Assembly: GCA_963706745.1 (NCBI GenBank)
Contig: CAVPMX010000002.1
Span: forward strand, 204,936-268,935
Direction: 5' to 3'
Length of the DNA stretch: 64,000 nucleotides
From: an uncultured Actinomycetes bacterium
Lineage (GTDB): Bacteria; Actinomycetota; Acidimicrobiia; IMCC26256; PALSA-610
In this document: positions 48,493-58,963 of the stretch, piece after piece
How positions within the stretch are numbered: position 1 is the first letter of the stretch
Layout: every line of letters begins with the position of its first letter
Program-made: the position numbers and the translations under genes
The notes under the pieces: model-generated
Told to the model about the DNA's origin: nothing
The model's database searches: none
Seen by the model: the letters and a program-made list of their open reading frames with translations, nothing else

Positions 48493-50481
48493 ATGACCAG
48501 CCGCTCTTCGACCCGGGAGATCAGGGGCGACAACGGGCGCCGCCGCCCACGCCCCGGGATCCGGTTGTTCGGCGCGCTTCTCGCCGTCGCGCTCACTGCC
48601 GCGGCCTGCGGGGGCGACGACTCCGAGGTGTTGGGCGACGACGCCGACCTGCTCGACCCGGGCGACTGCCTCCCAGTCGACATGGCCGTCTCGTCGGAGA
48701 AGATCGCACTGCTCACAGATCTCGCGCAGGAGTTCAACGCCTCCGACGCCGCCGACCTCGGCGATGGCGAGTGTGTGTTCGTCAGGGTCCAGAAGAAGGC
48801 CTCCGGAAAGGCGATGCAGCTGCTCTCCGACGGCTGGTCCGACGAGGCCACCGACGGCCCCCAACCGGTCGTCTGGTCGCCCGCCGCCTCGTCGTGGGGC
48901 GCAATCCTCAACCAGCGCCTCGCCGAGCGCGGTGCCGACCCGATGGTCGGCTCTGCCGAGCCGTTCATGCTCACCCCACTGGTGATCGCGATGCCGGAGC
49001 CGATGGCCGAAGCGCTCGGGTACCCGCAGACGCCTATCGGATACGCCGACATCATCGCCCTCGCCCAGGACCCCGAAGGCTGGGGTGCGTTCGGGCATCC
49101 TGAGTGGGGCCCGTTCCGGCTCGGCAAGACGAACCCCAACTACTCGACCAGCGCACTCTCGGCGACGATCGCGCAGTACTACGCGGCGACGGGCAAGACG
49201 AGGGGGCTCTCGCTCGAAGACCTCGATCGGCCCGCCGTGGTGACCTTCGCGAAGGCGGTGGAGGGTGCCGTCGTCCACTACGGCGACATCACCATGACGT
49301 TCCTCAACAACTGGTTCCGCAACGACGCCCGCGGCACCGCCCTCACGTATGTCTCAGCCGTCGCCGTCGAGGAGAAGTCGGTCATCGACTACAACCTCGG
49401 CAACCCCGACGGCATCCTCGATCCGGGAGAGGACCCGCGCAAGCCGCGGGTCCCTCTCGTCGCGGTCTACCCGAAGGAAGGCACGCTCTACAGCGACAAC
49501 CCCTTCATGGTCCTCGACGCTCCGTGGGTCACCGATCAGGAGGCGGCTGCGGCGGAGCGCTTCGGCGACTACGTCATGCGCCCCGAAGCCCAGGAGCGGG
49601 TCGCGGAGTACGGGTTCCGGCCCGGCAACCCCGAGGTGGCCATCGGGGGCGGTGTCACGACGGCGAACGGCGTGGACCCGGACCAGCCGGAGACCCTCCT
49701 GGAGGTCCCGGAACCGGCAGTGCTGAGCGGCCTGCTCGACAGGTGGGACGGCGTCCGCAAGCGGGCGCGCGTGCTGATCGTCCTCGACGTCTCCGGCTCG
49801 ATGGGCGAGGAGGGCGACACCGTCACGGGAGAGACCAAGCTGGATCTGGCGAAGGACGCCGTGACCGATGCACTCGACCAGTTCCAGACCGACGACGACG
49901 TCGGCCTGCGCGTCTTCACCACCGACCTCGTCGACGAACCGACCGACTACGCCGACCTGGTTCCCGTCGAGGCGATCGGCGGACAGCGCGAAGGGCTGGC
50001 ACGACGCATCGACGACCTCATCCCGATGAACGGCACACCGCTCTACACCGTCACGCAGGGCTCCTACCGCGACATGCTCGACGCGTTCGTCCCCGATCGC
50101 ATCAACGCGATCGTCCTCTTGACCGACGGCCGCAACGAGGATCCGCGCAACGAGGACCTCGAAGCGTTGCTCAAGGAGCTGCGCGCGCAGGCCGAGGGCG
50201 AGAGCGCGAAGCCCGTGCGGATCTTCCCGATCGCCTACGGCGCCGACGCCGACCTCGACACGCTCAGGCGGATCGCGGAGGCTACGAACGCCGCCGTATA
50301 CGACGCATCCGACCCGACGACGATCTCGTCGGTGTTCACGGCGGTGGTCAGCAATTTCCAGGGACGCCCGTGGCCCGCGGTGTCCTCCGGCGGAGATGTC
50401 CGCGGTAGTCGGCGCGCACACGGCGCCCCGATGGGTCGTGTGAGATCAGCATGGCGATCGACCGCCTTCCAGAGCACCTGA
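48493..50481 (+). CDS. lipoprotein with a solute-binding-like domain plus a C-terminal VWA domain
   Basis: Internal ATG 48493 has a GGGAGGAGG SD. Signal/lipobox LFGALLAVALTAAACGG. VWA MIDAS VLIVLDVSGSMGEEG...LLTDGRNED. The C-terminal ~40 aa after VVSNF look non-native. Confidence 0.8.
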   Translation: MTSRSSTREIRGDNGRRRPRPGIRLFGALLAVALTAAACGGDDSEVLGDDADLLDPGDCLPVDMAVSSEKIALLTDLAQEFNASDAADLGDGECVFVRVQKKASGKAMQLLSDGWSDEATDGPQPVVWSPAASSWGAILNQRLAERGADPMVGSAEPFMLTPLVIAMPEPMAEALGYPQTPIGYADIIALAQDPEGWGAFGHPEWGPFRLGKTNPNYSTSALSATIAQYYAATGKTRGLSLEDLDRPAVVTFAKAVEGAVVHYGDITMTFLNNWFRNDARGTALTYVSAVAVEEKSVIDYNLGNPDGILDPGEDPRKPRVPLVAVYPKEGTLYSDNPFMVLDAPWVTDQEAAAAERFGDYVMRPEAQERVAEYGFRPGNPEVAIGGGVTTANGVDPDQPETLLEVPEPAVLSGLLDRWDGVRKRARVLIVLDVSGSMGEEGDTVTGETKLDLAKDAVTDALDQFQTDDDVGLRVFTTDLVDEPTDYADLVPVEAIGGQREGLARRIDDLIPMNGTPLYTVTQGSYRDMLDAFVPDRINAIVLLTDGRNEDPRNEDLEALLKELRAQAEGESAKPVRIFPIAYGADADLDTLRRIAEATNAAVYDASDPTTISSVFTAVVSNFQGRPWPAVSSGGDVRGSRRAHGAPMGRVRSAWRSTAFQST

Positions 50482-51224
50482 AGTCGAGGCGCACAGCCGA
50501 GGCGATCATGGCACCATCGGCAATACTCGCCGGTGGCGCCGGCGCATCAGCCGCAATCCTGGCGGGCGTCGGCCTCCTGCCCGTCGTGGCGGTCGGGCTC
50601 GCCGCGTACGCGGCGCTGGTCGTGTTCCGCCTGCCACGCGGCCCGCGGCCGGCCGCCGGCATCGACCCCAAGACCCTCTCCGAGACGTGGCGGCGCTTCG
50701 TGGCGGAAGCACTGCAGGCTCGTCGCCGGTTCGACGAGGTGCTGCGCACGGCTCGGCCCGGACCCGTCCGCGACCGGCTCGCCGACATCGGCTCGCGCCT
50801 CGACACAGGGGTGCAGGAGTGCTGGCGGATCGCACGGCGAGGCGACGCGCTCGAGGACGGGCTGGCGACCCTCGACATCCAGGAGGTGCGCGCCGACCTC
50901 GCCGAGCTGCAGCGCAGTGGGCTGGATCCCGCAGCGAGCGAGCGCGACGAGTCGGCGTACCTCAGCACGGTCGAGGCGCTCGAGGCGCAGATCGCGACGG
51001 CGGAGCGGATCCGCGCCGTGGCCACCGATGCGCAGGCGCGGCTCCGTCTCCTCGATGCACGGCTGGACGAGGCGGTGGCCAGGGCCGTCGAGCTCGCCCT
51101 ACAGGCCGGGGATGCCGCCGACCTGGCCGGCCTCGGCAGTGACGTCGACGCCCTGGTCGGCGACATGGAGGCCCTGCGCCAAGGTCTCGAGGAGGCCGCC
51201 CACGCCTCCTCCCCCCAGACCTAG
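50451..51224 (+). CDS. membrane protein with a long cytoplasmic coiled-coil, PspA-adjacent
   Basis: Two TM helices (AILAGGAGASAAILAGVGLLPVVAVGLAAYAALVVF), then heptad-rich Ala/Leu/Arg/Asp helices. Confidence 0.6.
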   Translation: MAIDRLPEHLKSRRTAEAIMAPSAILAGGAGASAAILAGVGLLPVVAVGLAAYAALVVFRLPRGPRPAAGIDPKTLSETWRRFVAEALQARRRFDEVLRTARPGPVRDRLADIGSRLDTGVQECWRIARRGDALEDGLATLDIQEVRADLAELQRSGLDPAASERDESAYLSTVEALEAQIATAERIRAVATDAQARLRLLDARLDEAVARAVELALQAGDAADLAGLGSDVDALVGDMEALRQGLEEAAHASSPQT

Positions 51225-51311
51225 GAGCGTCGACAGACCTCACATCGTGTGGTCGGTCGACGCTCCTGGTCACCGGTGCGGGGGAGGCGGTCGCGGGGTT
51301 AGGCTCGGCAC

Positions 51312-52121
51312 ATGCTGAAGCTCCTGCGCCGCTGGTGGAAGTACATGACCGCGAGGCTCTCGGGGAAGTTCGAGGAGTCCGCCGACCCCAAGACCCAGCT
51401 CGAGCAGGCGATCGCCGAGGCGCAGGACCAGCATCGGCGCCTCACCGAGCAGGCCGCCAACGTCATAGCGCACCAGAAGCAGACGCAGATGCGTCTCGAC
51501 AGGGCCCAGCAGGACCTCGACAAGGCAACGGGGTCGGCGCGCCAGGCGCTGCTCCTCACCGACGAGTCGACCCAGAAGGGCGACGCCGCCAAGGCCCTCG
51601 AGTACCAGCAGGCCGCCGAGAGCTTCGCCAACAGGCTCATCGCCCTGGAGCGGGAGGTCGAGGGGCTCAAGCAGATGCTCCTCGACGCAGCCCGGGCAGC
51701 CGACCAGGCGAAGGGCTCCGTCTCGCAGAACGCCCTCGCTCTCCAGAAGAAGCTCTCGGAGCGCCAGAAGCTGCTCAGCCAGCTGGATCAGGCGAAGATG
51801 CAGGAGCAGATGAACAAGGCGATGGCCCAGTTGAGTGCCACCGTCGGCGAAGACGTCCCCACCTTCGACGAGATCCGCGAGAAGATCGAGACGCGCGTCG
51901 CTCGCGCCGAGGGCATGGCGGATCTCACCTCGACCTCGGTGGAGGGCCGGATGGTCGAGGTGGAGCAGGCCCAGATGAACGCCGAGGCGCAGGCTCGCCT
52001 CTCGGAGCTCCGCACTCAGCTCGGCCTGCCCGGCGCCGCTGCTGCTCCTGACTCGGCGGCCGCCGAGTCAGGTGCCGAGTCGGCGACGGAGCAGCCCGGA
52101 GAGGGCGCCTCCCCCGCCTGA
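51312..52121 (+). CDS. pspA: PspA/IM30 family protein
   Basis: KTQLEQAIAEAQDQHRRLTEQAANVIAHQKQTQMRLDRAQQDL... is the typical PspA coiled-coil architecture. Confidence 0.9.
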   Translation: MLKLLRRWWKYMTARLSGKFEESADPKTQLEQAIAEAQDQHRRLTEQAANVIAHQKQTQMRLDRAQQDLDKATGSARQALLLTDESTQKGDAAKALEYQQAAESFANRLIALEREVEGLKQMLLDAARAADQAKGSVSQNALALQKKLSERQKLLSQLDQAKMQEQMNKAMAQLSATVGEDVPTFDEIREKIETRVARAEGMADLTSTSVEGRMVEVEQAQMNAEAQARLSELRTQLGLPGAAAAPDSAAAESGAESATEQPGEGASPA

Positions 52122-52150
52122 CCCTCCCGCCCCACCGTCCGGCGCAGCTC

Positions 52151-53089
52151 TCAGTCGACGATCCCGGGCCCTGCGGTGTCGGTACGGACGTCGAAGAGGT
52201 CCGGCTCGAGGTAGATCACCGCGCTGTGGTCGATGGATGCACGGATGCGCGCCTCGGCCTCGTCGATTCGGTCGGCGAGATCGGGGACGGCAGAGGCGCC
52301 GACGAACTCGACCTTCGCCGCGACGAGCACCTCGTCGGGACCGAGGTGCTCGGTGCGCATGTGAATCACCCGCACCTCGCCATCGTTCTCGAGCGCGGCA
52401 CGGATCGCGTCGTCGTCGGCAGTGCTGACCGCCTCGCCGATGAGGAGGCTCTTCATCTCGATCGCCAGAACCCAGGCAATACCGACGAGCAGCACACCGA
52501 TCACGAGGCTCCCTACGGCATCGAAGCGCGGCTCGTCGGTGATCACCGCTGTCGCGACCCCGGCCAGGGCGAAGCAGAGGCCGAGCAGTGCGCCGAGGTC
52601 CTCGAGCAGGACCACTGGGAGCTCCGGCGACTTGGACTGGCGTACGAAGGCCCACCACGTCCGCCCGCGTCGGAGCGGTCGAGCCTCGTGCACCGCAGTG
52701 CGGAACGAGAACGACTCGAGGAGGATCGCCGTTCCCAGAACGGCGAAGGCCCACACCGGCGACTCGAGCTCGTGCGGGTGCCGGAGCTTCTCGACCGCCT
52801 CGTAGATCGCGAAGAGCCCGCCGAGGCTGAAGAGCACGAGCGCGACGACGAATGCCCAGAAGTAGCGCACCTTCCCGTAGCCGAACGGGTGCTCGGCATC
52901 GGGCGAACGACTCGCGCGCCGACCACCGAGGAGCAGCAGCCCTTGGTTCGCGGTGTCGGCGACCGAGTGGATCGCCTCTGCGAGCAACGAAGCCGCACCA
53001 GTGAACGCGAACCCGATGAACTTCGACACTGCGATGCCCAGGTTCGCCGCGAACGCCGCGACGATCGCCTTCTTGCTGCCTTCGTGCAT
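52151..53089 (-). CDS. cation diffusion facilitator (CDF) family transporter
   Basis: AIVAAFAANLGIAVSKFIGFAFTGAASLLAEAIHSVADTANQ...HPFGYGKVRYFWAF, plus a C-terminal cytoplasmic domain. Confidence 0.9.
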   Translation of the reverse strand: MHEGSKKAIVAAFAANLGIAVSKFIGFAFTGAASLLAEAIHSVADTANQGLLLLGGRRASRSPDAEHPFGYGKVRYFWAFVVALVLFSLGGLFAIYEAVEKLRHPHELESPVWAFAVLGTAILLESFSFRTAVHEARPLRRGRTWWAFVRQSKSPELPVVLLEDLGALLGLCFALAGVATAVITDEPRFDAVGSLVIGVLLVGIAWVLAIEMKSLLIGEAVSTADDDAIRAALENDGEVRVIHMRTEHLGPDEVLVAAKVEFVGASAVPDLADRIDEAEARIRASIDHSAVIYLEPDLFDVRTDTAGPGIVD

Positions 53090-53193
53090 CTCCGTCTACC
53101 TCGCAGTGATCCCGGTGGGGCCCGGATCCGGGACGTTGATCGCGGGCCTCGACCGGCTACGACTGCCGGGTCTGCGCGCGCAACCGTCTTGGT

Positions 53194-53786
53194 TCAGGCG
53201 CTCGCTGCCCGCCAGTGTGATCGCGCGTCGGCGTAGAGATCGCCTCCGTGCGCGTCGTGCACGACCACCGCCGGGAAGTCGCTGACCTCGAGTCGGCGTA
53301 TCGCCTCGGTTCCCAGCTCTCCGAAGGCGACCACCTCCGAGGCCGTGATGGAGCGGGCGAGTATCGCCCCGAGCCCGCCGATCGCGGCGAGCGCCACCGC
53401 TCGATGCTCCCGTAGAGCGGCGCGCACCTCGGCTCCCCGCTCCCCCTTCCCCATGACCGCCTTCACGCCGTGGCGAAGCGTCATCTCGGTGAGCCCGTCC
53501 ATGCGCGACGCAGTCGTAGGGCCGGCCGATCCGATTACCTGCCCCGGCCGGGTGGGCGTGGGACCCGCGTAGTAGAGGATCGCCCCCTCGGCGGGGAACG
53601 GCCACTCCTCGCCCGACTCGTCGAGAGCGGCGAGGCGTGCGTGAGCGGCGTCGCGTGCAGTCCAGATGACGCCGTTGATCCGGACGCGATCCCCCGCCCG
53701 GAGAGCGAGCGCGTCGTCGTCGGCCAGCGGCGCCACGACCCTCACAATCCGGGCGCCGCCTTGGTCTTCGATCACATCGACGGCCA

Positions 53787-53787
<1 letters not shown>
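53194..53787 (-). CDS. Fe-S hydro-lyase beta subunit (class I fumarate hydratase / TtdB-type)
   Basis: INGVIWTARDAAHARL...ILYYAGPTPTRPGQVIGSAGPTTASRMD...VMGKGERG. Confidence 0.85.
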
Positions 53788-55223
<1,436 letters not shown>

Positions 55224-55235
55224 GTCAGGATGTCC

Positions 55236-56087
55236 CTACAGCTCGACCGTGCGAGCGCGATGTGCGTGGCACTCGATGTTGACCGCGACGGGGAGCGACG
55301 CTATGTGCGTCGGAAGCGTCTCGACCTGCACGGCGAATGCCGAGACCGTGCCGCCCATGGCCTGTGGGCCGATGCCGAGCGCCTGGATGTCGGCCAGGAG
55401 GCTCCGCTCGAAGTCGGCGACCTCCGGATCGGGATTCGCCTCCCCCACATGGCGGAGCAGCGCGCGCTTCGCGAGGATCGCCGACCACTCGAAGTTGCCG
55501 CCGACCCCGACGCCGATGATCCCCGGCGGGCAGCAGTCGGCTCCCGCCTTCGTGACCGTCTCGACTACGAACTTCCTCACGCCCTCCGTGCCGTCGGCCG
55601 GGACGAGCATCGCATGTCGGCTCTTGTTCTCCGAGCCGCCGCCCTTCGCGTCGACCGTGATGCGGAGCCGGTCACCCGGGACGATCCGGGTGTGAAGGAA
55701 CGCTGGCGTGTTGTCGCCGGTGTTCTCGCGCCCACCGATGGGGTTCGCTACGATCGACGCCCGCAGATAGCCCTCGGCGTAGCCCTGCCTGACACCTTCG
55801 TCGACTGCCTCGACCACGTCTCCGCCTATGAGGTGCACGTCTTGGCCGACGTCCATGAAGACGACCGCCGAGCCCGTGTCCTGGCAGTAGGGGAAGACGC
55901 CCTCGGCGGCGACGGCTGCGTTCTCCAGCAGGGAGCCCAGGACGTCTCTGCCTACCGGGCTCTCCTCCCGGTCGCGTGCAGCCCCTATGGCTGCGACGAC
56001 GTCGTCGCCGAGCTTGTAGGCGGCGTCCACGCACATCTGGCGGATCGCCGCCGTTATCTCGGCGACGTCGATCTCCCGCAGCGTCAT
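55236..56087 (-). CDS. Fe-S hydro-lyase alpha subunit (class I fumarate hydratase / TtdA-type)
   Basis: FPYCQDTGSAVVFMDVG...GGGSENKS...CPPGIIGVGVGG. Starts at the MTLREIDV codon of track ORF 55236..56216. Confidence 0.85.
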   Translation of the reverse strand: MTLREIDVAEITAAIRQMCVDAAYKLGDDVVAAIGAARDREESPVGRDVLGSLLENAAVAAEGVFPYCQDTGSAVVFMDVGQDVHLIGGDVVEAVDEGVRQGYAEGYLRASIVANPIGGRENTGDNTPAFLHTRIVPGDRLRITVDAKGGGSENKSRHAMLVPADGTEGVRKFVVETVTKAGADCCPPGIIGVGVGGNFEWSAILAKRALLRHVGEANPDPEVADFERSLLADIQALGIGPQAMGGTVSAFAVQVETLPTHIASLPVAVNIECHAHRARTVEL

Positions 56088-56092
56088 TCGGC

Positions 56093-56605
56093 TCAGTCCT
56101 TGGTGGTGACGCCCTCGCGGGACAGGAGTCGGCGCTTGAGCTCTGTGCCGCCACCGTCGGACCAGGCGCCGCCGTAGCCGCCGATGCGGCCCCCGGCGGC
56201 GATGACCCGGTGGCACGGGATCACGAACGGCACCGGGTTGGTCGACATCGCCGTGCCGACGGCGCGGGCGGCCTTCGGACGGCCGGCCATCGCAGCGAGC
56301 TCCCCGTAGCTGACGGTCTCGCCCCAGCCCACCTCGCGGGTGAGCGTCTCGAGCACGGTTCGGCGGAACCCGGTGACGCCTGCGGAGTCGAGGTCCACAG
56401 GGAGGTCGAGCTCGTGCCGCCGCCCGGCGAACCAGTCGTCGAGCTTCGTCGCGACCTCCTCGTCGCGCTCGGGGAGAGCAGCGTCGAGGAGCTCGTCGGT
56501 TCCGTCGCCGCCGGGTAGTGCAACCGCCGTCACCCCGGCATCGGAGACGACGACCGTCACCTCACCGTAGGGCGTCGCCTGTCGCCACCAACGAAGATCC
56601 GCCAT
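56093..56605 (-). CDS. ogt: methylated-DNA--protein-cysteine methyltransferase
   Basis: Active-site IPCHRVI and [19 protein letters not shown]. Confidence 0.9.
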   Translation of the reverse strand: MADLRWWRQATPYGEVTVVVSDAGVTAVALPGGDGTDELLDAALPERDEEVATKLDDWFAGRRHELDLPVDLDSAGVTGFRRTVLETLTREVGWGETVSYGELAAMAGRPKAARAVGTAMSTNPVPFVIPCHRVIAAGGRIGGYGGAWSDGGGTELKRRLLSREGVTTKD

Positions 56606-56728
56606 GGTCGCTCCTCCTCCGCCACCGGTCCCCCGGGAACCTGTCCCACGCTACCCCGGTGGCGCCGCGACGATCTGCCGGCCAGATCGTGCGCGTCGGC
56701 CGTCTACCGAGCGGCCACCGGTCGCCGA

Positions 56729-57718
56729 TCAGCCGAGCAGCCCCAGATCTGCCACGGCGTCATGCTCCTCGCGCAGCTCCGCCACCGAGGACTCGATCCT
56801 CGCCCGCGAGAAGTCGTCGAGGTCGAGGCCCTGCACTATCGACCACCGCCCGTCGGCGCAGGTGGCGGGGAACGACGAGATGAGGCCGACGTCGGCACCG
56901 TACGAGCCGTCGGAGCAGACGCCCATGCTCACCCAGTCGCCTTCGGGCGTCCCAAGGACCCAGTCGTGCACGTGGCTGATCGCGGCGTTCGCAGCCGACG
57001 CCGCCGACGAGGCGCCGCGCGCCTCGATGATCGCAGCGCCGCGCTGCTGCACGGTCGGGATGAATGTGCTCTCGAGCCACGCTTGATCGCCGACCGCCTC
57101 CGCTGCGTTGCGCCCGCCGACTTCGGCGTGGAAGAGATCTGGATACTGCGTGGCCGAGTGGTTGCCCCAGATCGTCATCTTCTTGACGTCGGCGACGGTG
57201 GCGCCGACCTTGGCCGCGAGCTGCGCCATCGCGCGGTTGTGGTCGAGGCGGGTCATCGCGGTGAACCGGTCGCTCGGCACACCCGCTGCATTGTTCATCG
57301 TGATGAGGGCGTTGGTGTTCGCGGGGTTGCCGACGACGAGCACGCGTACGTCGTCGGCGGCGCCGGCCGCGATCGCCTTGCCCTGCACGGTGAAGATCGC
57401 GCCGTTGGCCTCGAGGAGGTCCTTGCGCTCCATGCCCTTGGTGCGGGGGCGGGCACCGACGAGCAGGCAGACGTTCGCGCCCTCGAAAGCCTTGTGCGCG
57501 TCGTCTGTCTGCACAACGCCTGCGAGCAGCGGGAACGCGCAGTCATCGAGCTCCATGGCGACGCCGCCGAGCGACGGCAGCGCCGGGGTGATCTCCAGCA
57601 TCTGGAGGATCACGGGCTGGTCGGGGCCGAGCATCTGGCCGCTGGCGATCCGGAACAAGAGGCTGTAGCCGATCTGGCCGGCAGCGCCGGTCACGGCGAC
57701 GCGAACTGGGTCCTTCAC
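56729..57718 (-). CDS. mdh: malate dehydrogenase
   Basis: [23 protein letters not shown]...MERKDLL...[12 protein letters not shown]. Confidence 0.95.
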   Translation of the reverse strand: MKDPVRVAVTGAAGQIGYSLLFRIASGQMLGPDQPVILQMLEITPALPSLGGVAMELDDCAFPLLAGVVQTDDAHKAFEGANVCLLVGARPRTKGMERKDLLEANGAIFTVQGKAIAAGAADDVRVLVVGNPANTNALITMNNAAGVPSDRFTAMTRLDHNRAMAQLAAKVGATVADVKKMTIWGNHSATQYPDLFHAEVGGRNAAEAVGDQAWLESTFIPTVQQRGAAIIEARGASSAASAANAAISHVHDWVLGTPEGDWVSMGVCSDGSYGADVGLISSFPATCADGRWSIVQGLDLDDFSRARIESSVAELREEHDAVADLGLLG

Positions 57719-57830
57719 CGTCGGGCTCCCTGATAGGTCGGATGGGGCTCCAAGACGCTAGCCCCGACCCATGGGGGCCGCCGAAGCGACCCGTGCGCCT
57801 AGCCGTCCAGCCGGGCGCGCCCGCGACCGC

Positions 57831-58055
57831 TCAGCGGGCGACGATCACGGCGACGACGGTGAGGGCGTAGACGACCGCGAGTAGGGCGACGAGCGCCCAG
57901 AGGCTCGCTGCGGTCAAGGGGTTGGGCCTCTCCGGCCCGGTCGACTGGTGGAGACCGCACGCCGGGCACCGCGCAGCACCGGCGGCGACAGGCGCGCCGC
58001 AGAGCATGCAGGCATCGCCTGCGGTGCCGGGCGAGGGCTCGGACTGAGCGGTCAC
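57831..58055 (-). CDS. small zinc-ribbon membrane protein (74 aa), coupled to folD
   Basis: Last 74 codons of the 657-aa track ORF. GTG in a GTGA overlap with the folD stop. CMLCG...CPACG plus a C-terminal TM helix (LWALVALLAVVYALTVVAVIV). Confidence 0.55.
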   Translation of the reverse strand: MTAQSEPSPGTAGDACMLCGAPVAAGAARCPACGLHQSTGPERPNPLTAASLWALVALLAVVYALTVVAVIVAR

Positions 58056-58097
58056 GATCTCCGCTCCTGGCCCTGCGACCCGGCCCGCCGCTCGGCC
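58052..58097 (-). repeat. partial copy (3' module) of the MIRU-like repeat embedded in the folD 3' end
   Basis: Minus strand: GAGCGGCGGGCCGGGTCGCAGGGCCAGGAGCGGAGATCGTGA, versus GAGCGGCCCGGCCCGCAGGGCCAGGAGCGGAGATCATGA at 44.8 kb. The 22 nt before the start codon are identical. Confidence 0.65.
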
Positions 58098-58936
58098 GCC
58101 TCGACGGTGGACCTGAGGAGCATCGCGATGGTCATCGGGCCGACACCCCCCGGGACCGGCGCGACCCACTCCGCCACCTCCATCACGTCGTCGGCGACGT
58201 CGCCGGCGATCCCCTCGTCGGTGCGCGTGATACCGACGTCGAGAACGGCCGCGCCGGGCTTGACCATGTCGGCCGTGATCAGCCCCGCCCTGCCTGTGGC
58301 CGCGACGAGGATGTCGGCCTGCCGGGTGAACTCCGGGAGGAAGTGCGTCCCCGTGTGGCACTGGGTCACGGTGGCGTTCGCGTTCTCGGCCTTGAGCGAC
58401 AGCAGCATCGAGAGCGGTCTGCCGACGGTCGGACCGCGCCCGACGATGACGACGTGGCGCTCCTCGATCGGCACCTTGTGCCGCACGAGCAGCTCGACGA
58501 TGCCCTGCGGCGTACCGGGCCTCGGGTGGCCGGGCACCCCGAGTGCGAGGTACCCGAGGTTCTGGGGATGGAGACCGTCGACGTCCTTGGTCGGATCGAC
58601 CGCGAGGATCAGCTCCGAGTAGTCGAGGTGGTCGGGGACCGGGTACTGGATCAGGTACCCGTCGACCTGCGGGTTCGCGTTGAGCTGCGCTATCAGGTCG
58701 AGCACCTCTTCTCGCGACGAGTCGGCCGCGAGGTCGTGCCTCCACGAGGCAACCCCCAGCTCCGCGCAGGCCCGGTGCTTGCTGCGGACGTACACGTGCG
58801 AGCCCGGGTCGTCGCCGATCAGGACCGTCGCGAGCCCGGGTGTGACGCCACGCTCGGCGAGGGACTCGACACGAGCCCGGAGCTCGTCCTTGATCACCGC
58901 AGCCTTGGCCCTGCCGTCGAGAATCGTCGCAGTCAC
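58052..58936 (-). CDS. folD: bifunctional methylenetetrahydrofolate dehydrogenase/cyclohydrolase
   Basis: ILDGRAKA...YVRSKHRAC...[14 protein letters not shown]...[15 protein letters not shown]. Confidence 0.95.
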   Translation of the reverse strand: MTATILDGRAKAAVIKDELRARVESLAERGVTPGLATVLIGDDPGSHVYVRSKHRACAELGVASWRHDLAADSSREEVLDLIAQLNANPQVDGYLIQYPVPDHLDYSELILAVDPTKDVDGLHPQNLGYLALGVPGHPRPGTPQGIVELLVRHKVPIEERHVVIVGRGPTVGRPLSMLLSLKAENANATVTQCHTGTHFLPEFTRQADILVAATGRAGLITADMVKPGAAVLDVGITRTDEGIAGDVADDVMEVAEWVAPVPGGVGPMTIAMLLRSTVEAAERRAGSQGQERRS

Positions 58937-58963
58937 CGTCGCCCTCCTCTCTTCGCCCCGTCG

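Noticed and set aside
47344-50481. Calling the 1045-aa ORF a single protein
   Set aside because: An internal strong SD, ATG and complete lipoprotein signal at 48493 argue for two genes. The missing stop is flagged as a finding instead.
50451-51224. Annotating the coiled-coil membrane protein as TelA (toxic anion resistance) or as mycobacterial PspM
   Set aside because: The size, the N-terminal TM pair and the gene order do not match either family as I know them. No diagnostic motif is visible, so it stays a hypothetical PspA-adjacent protein.
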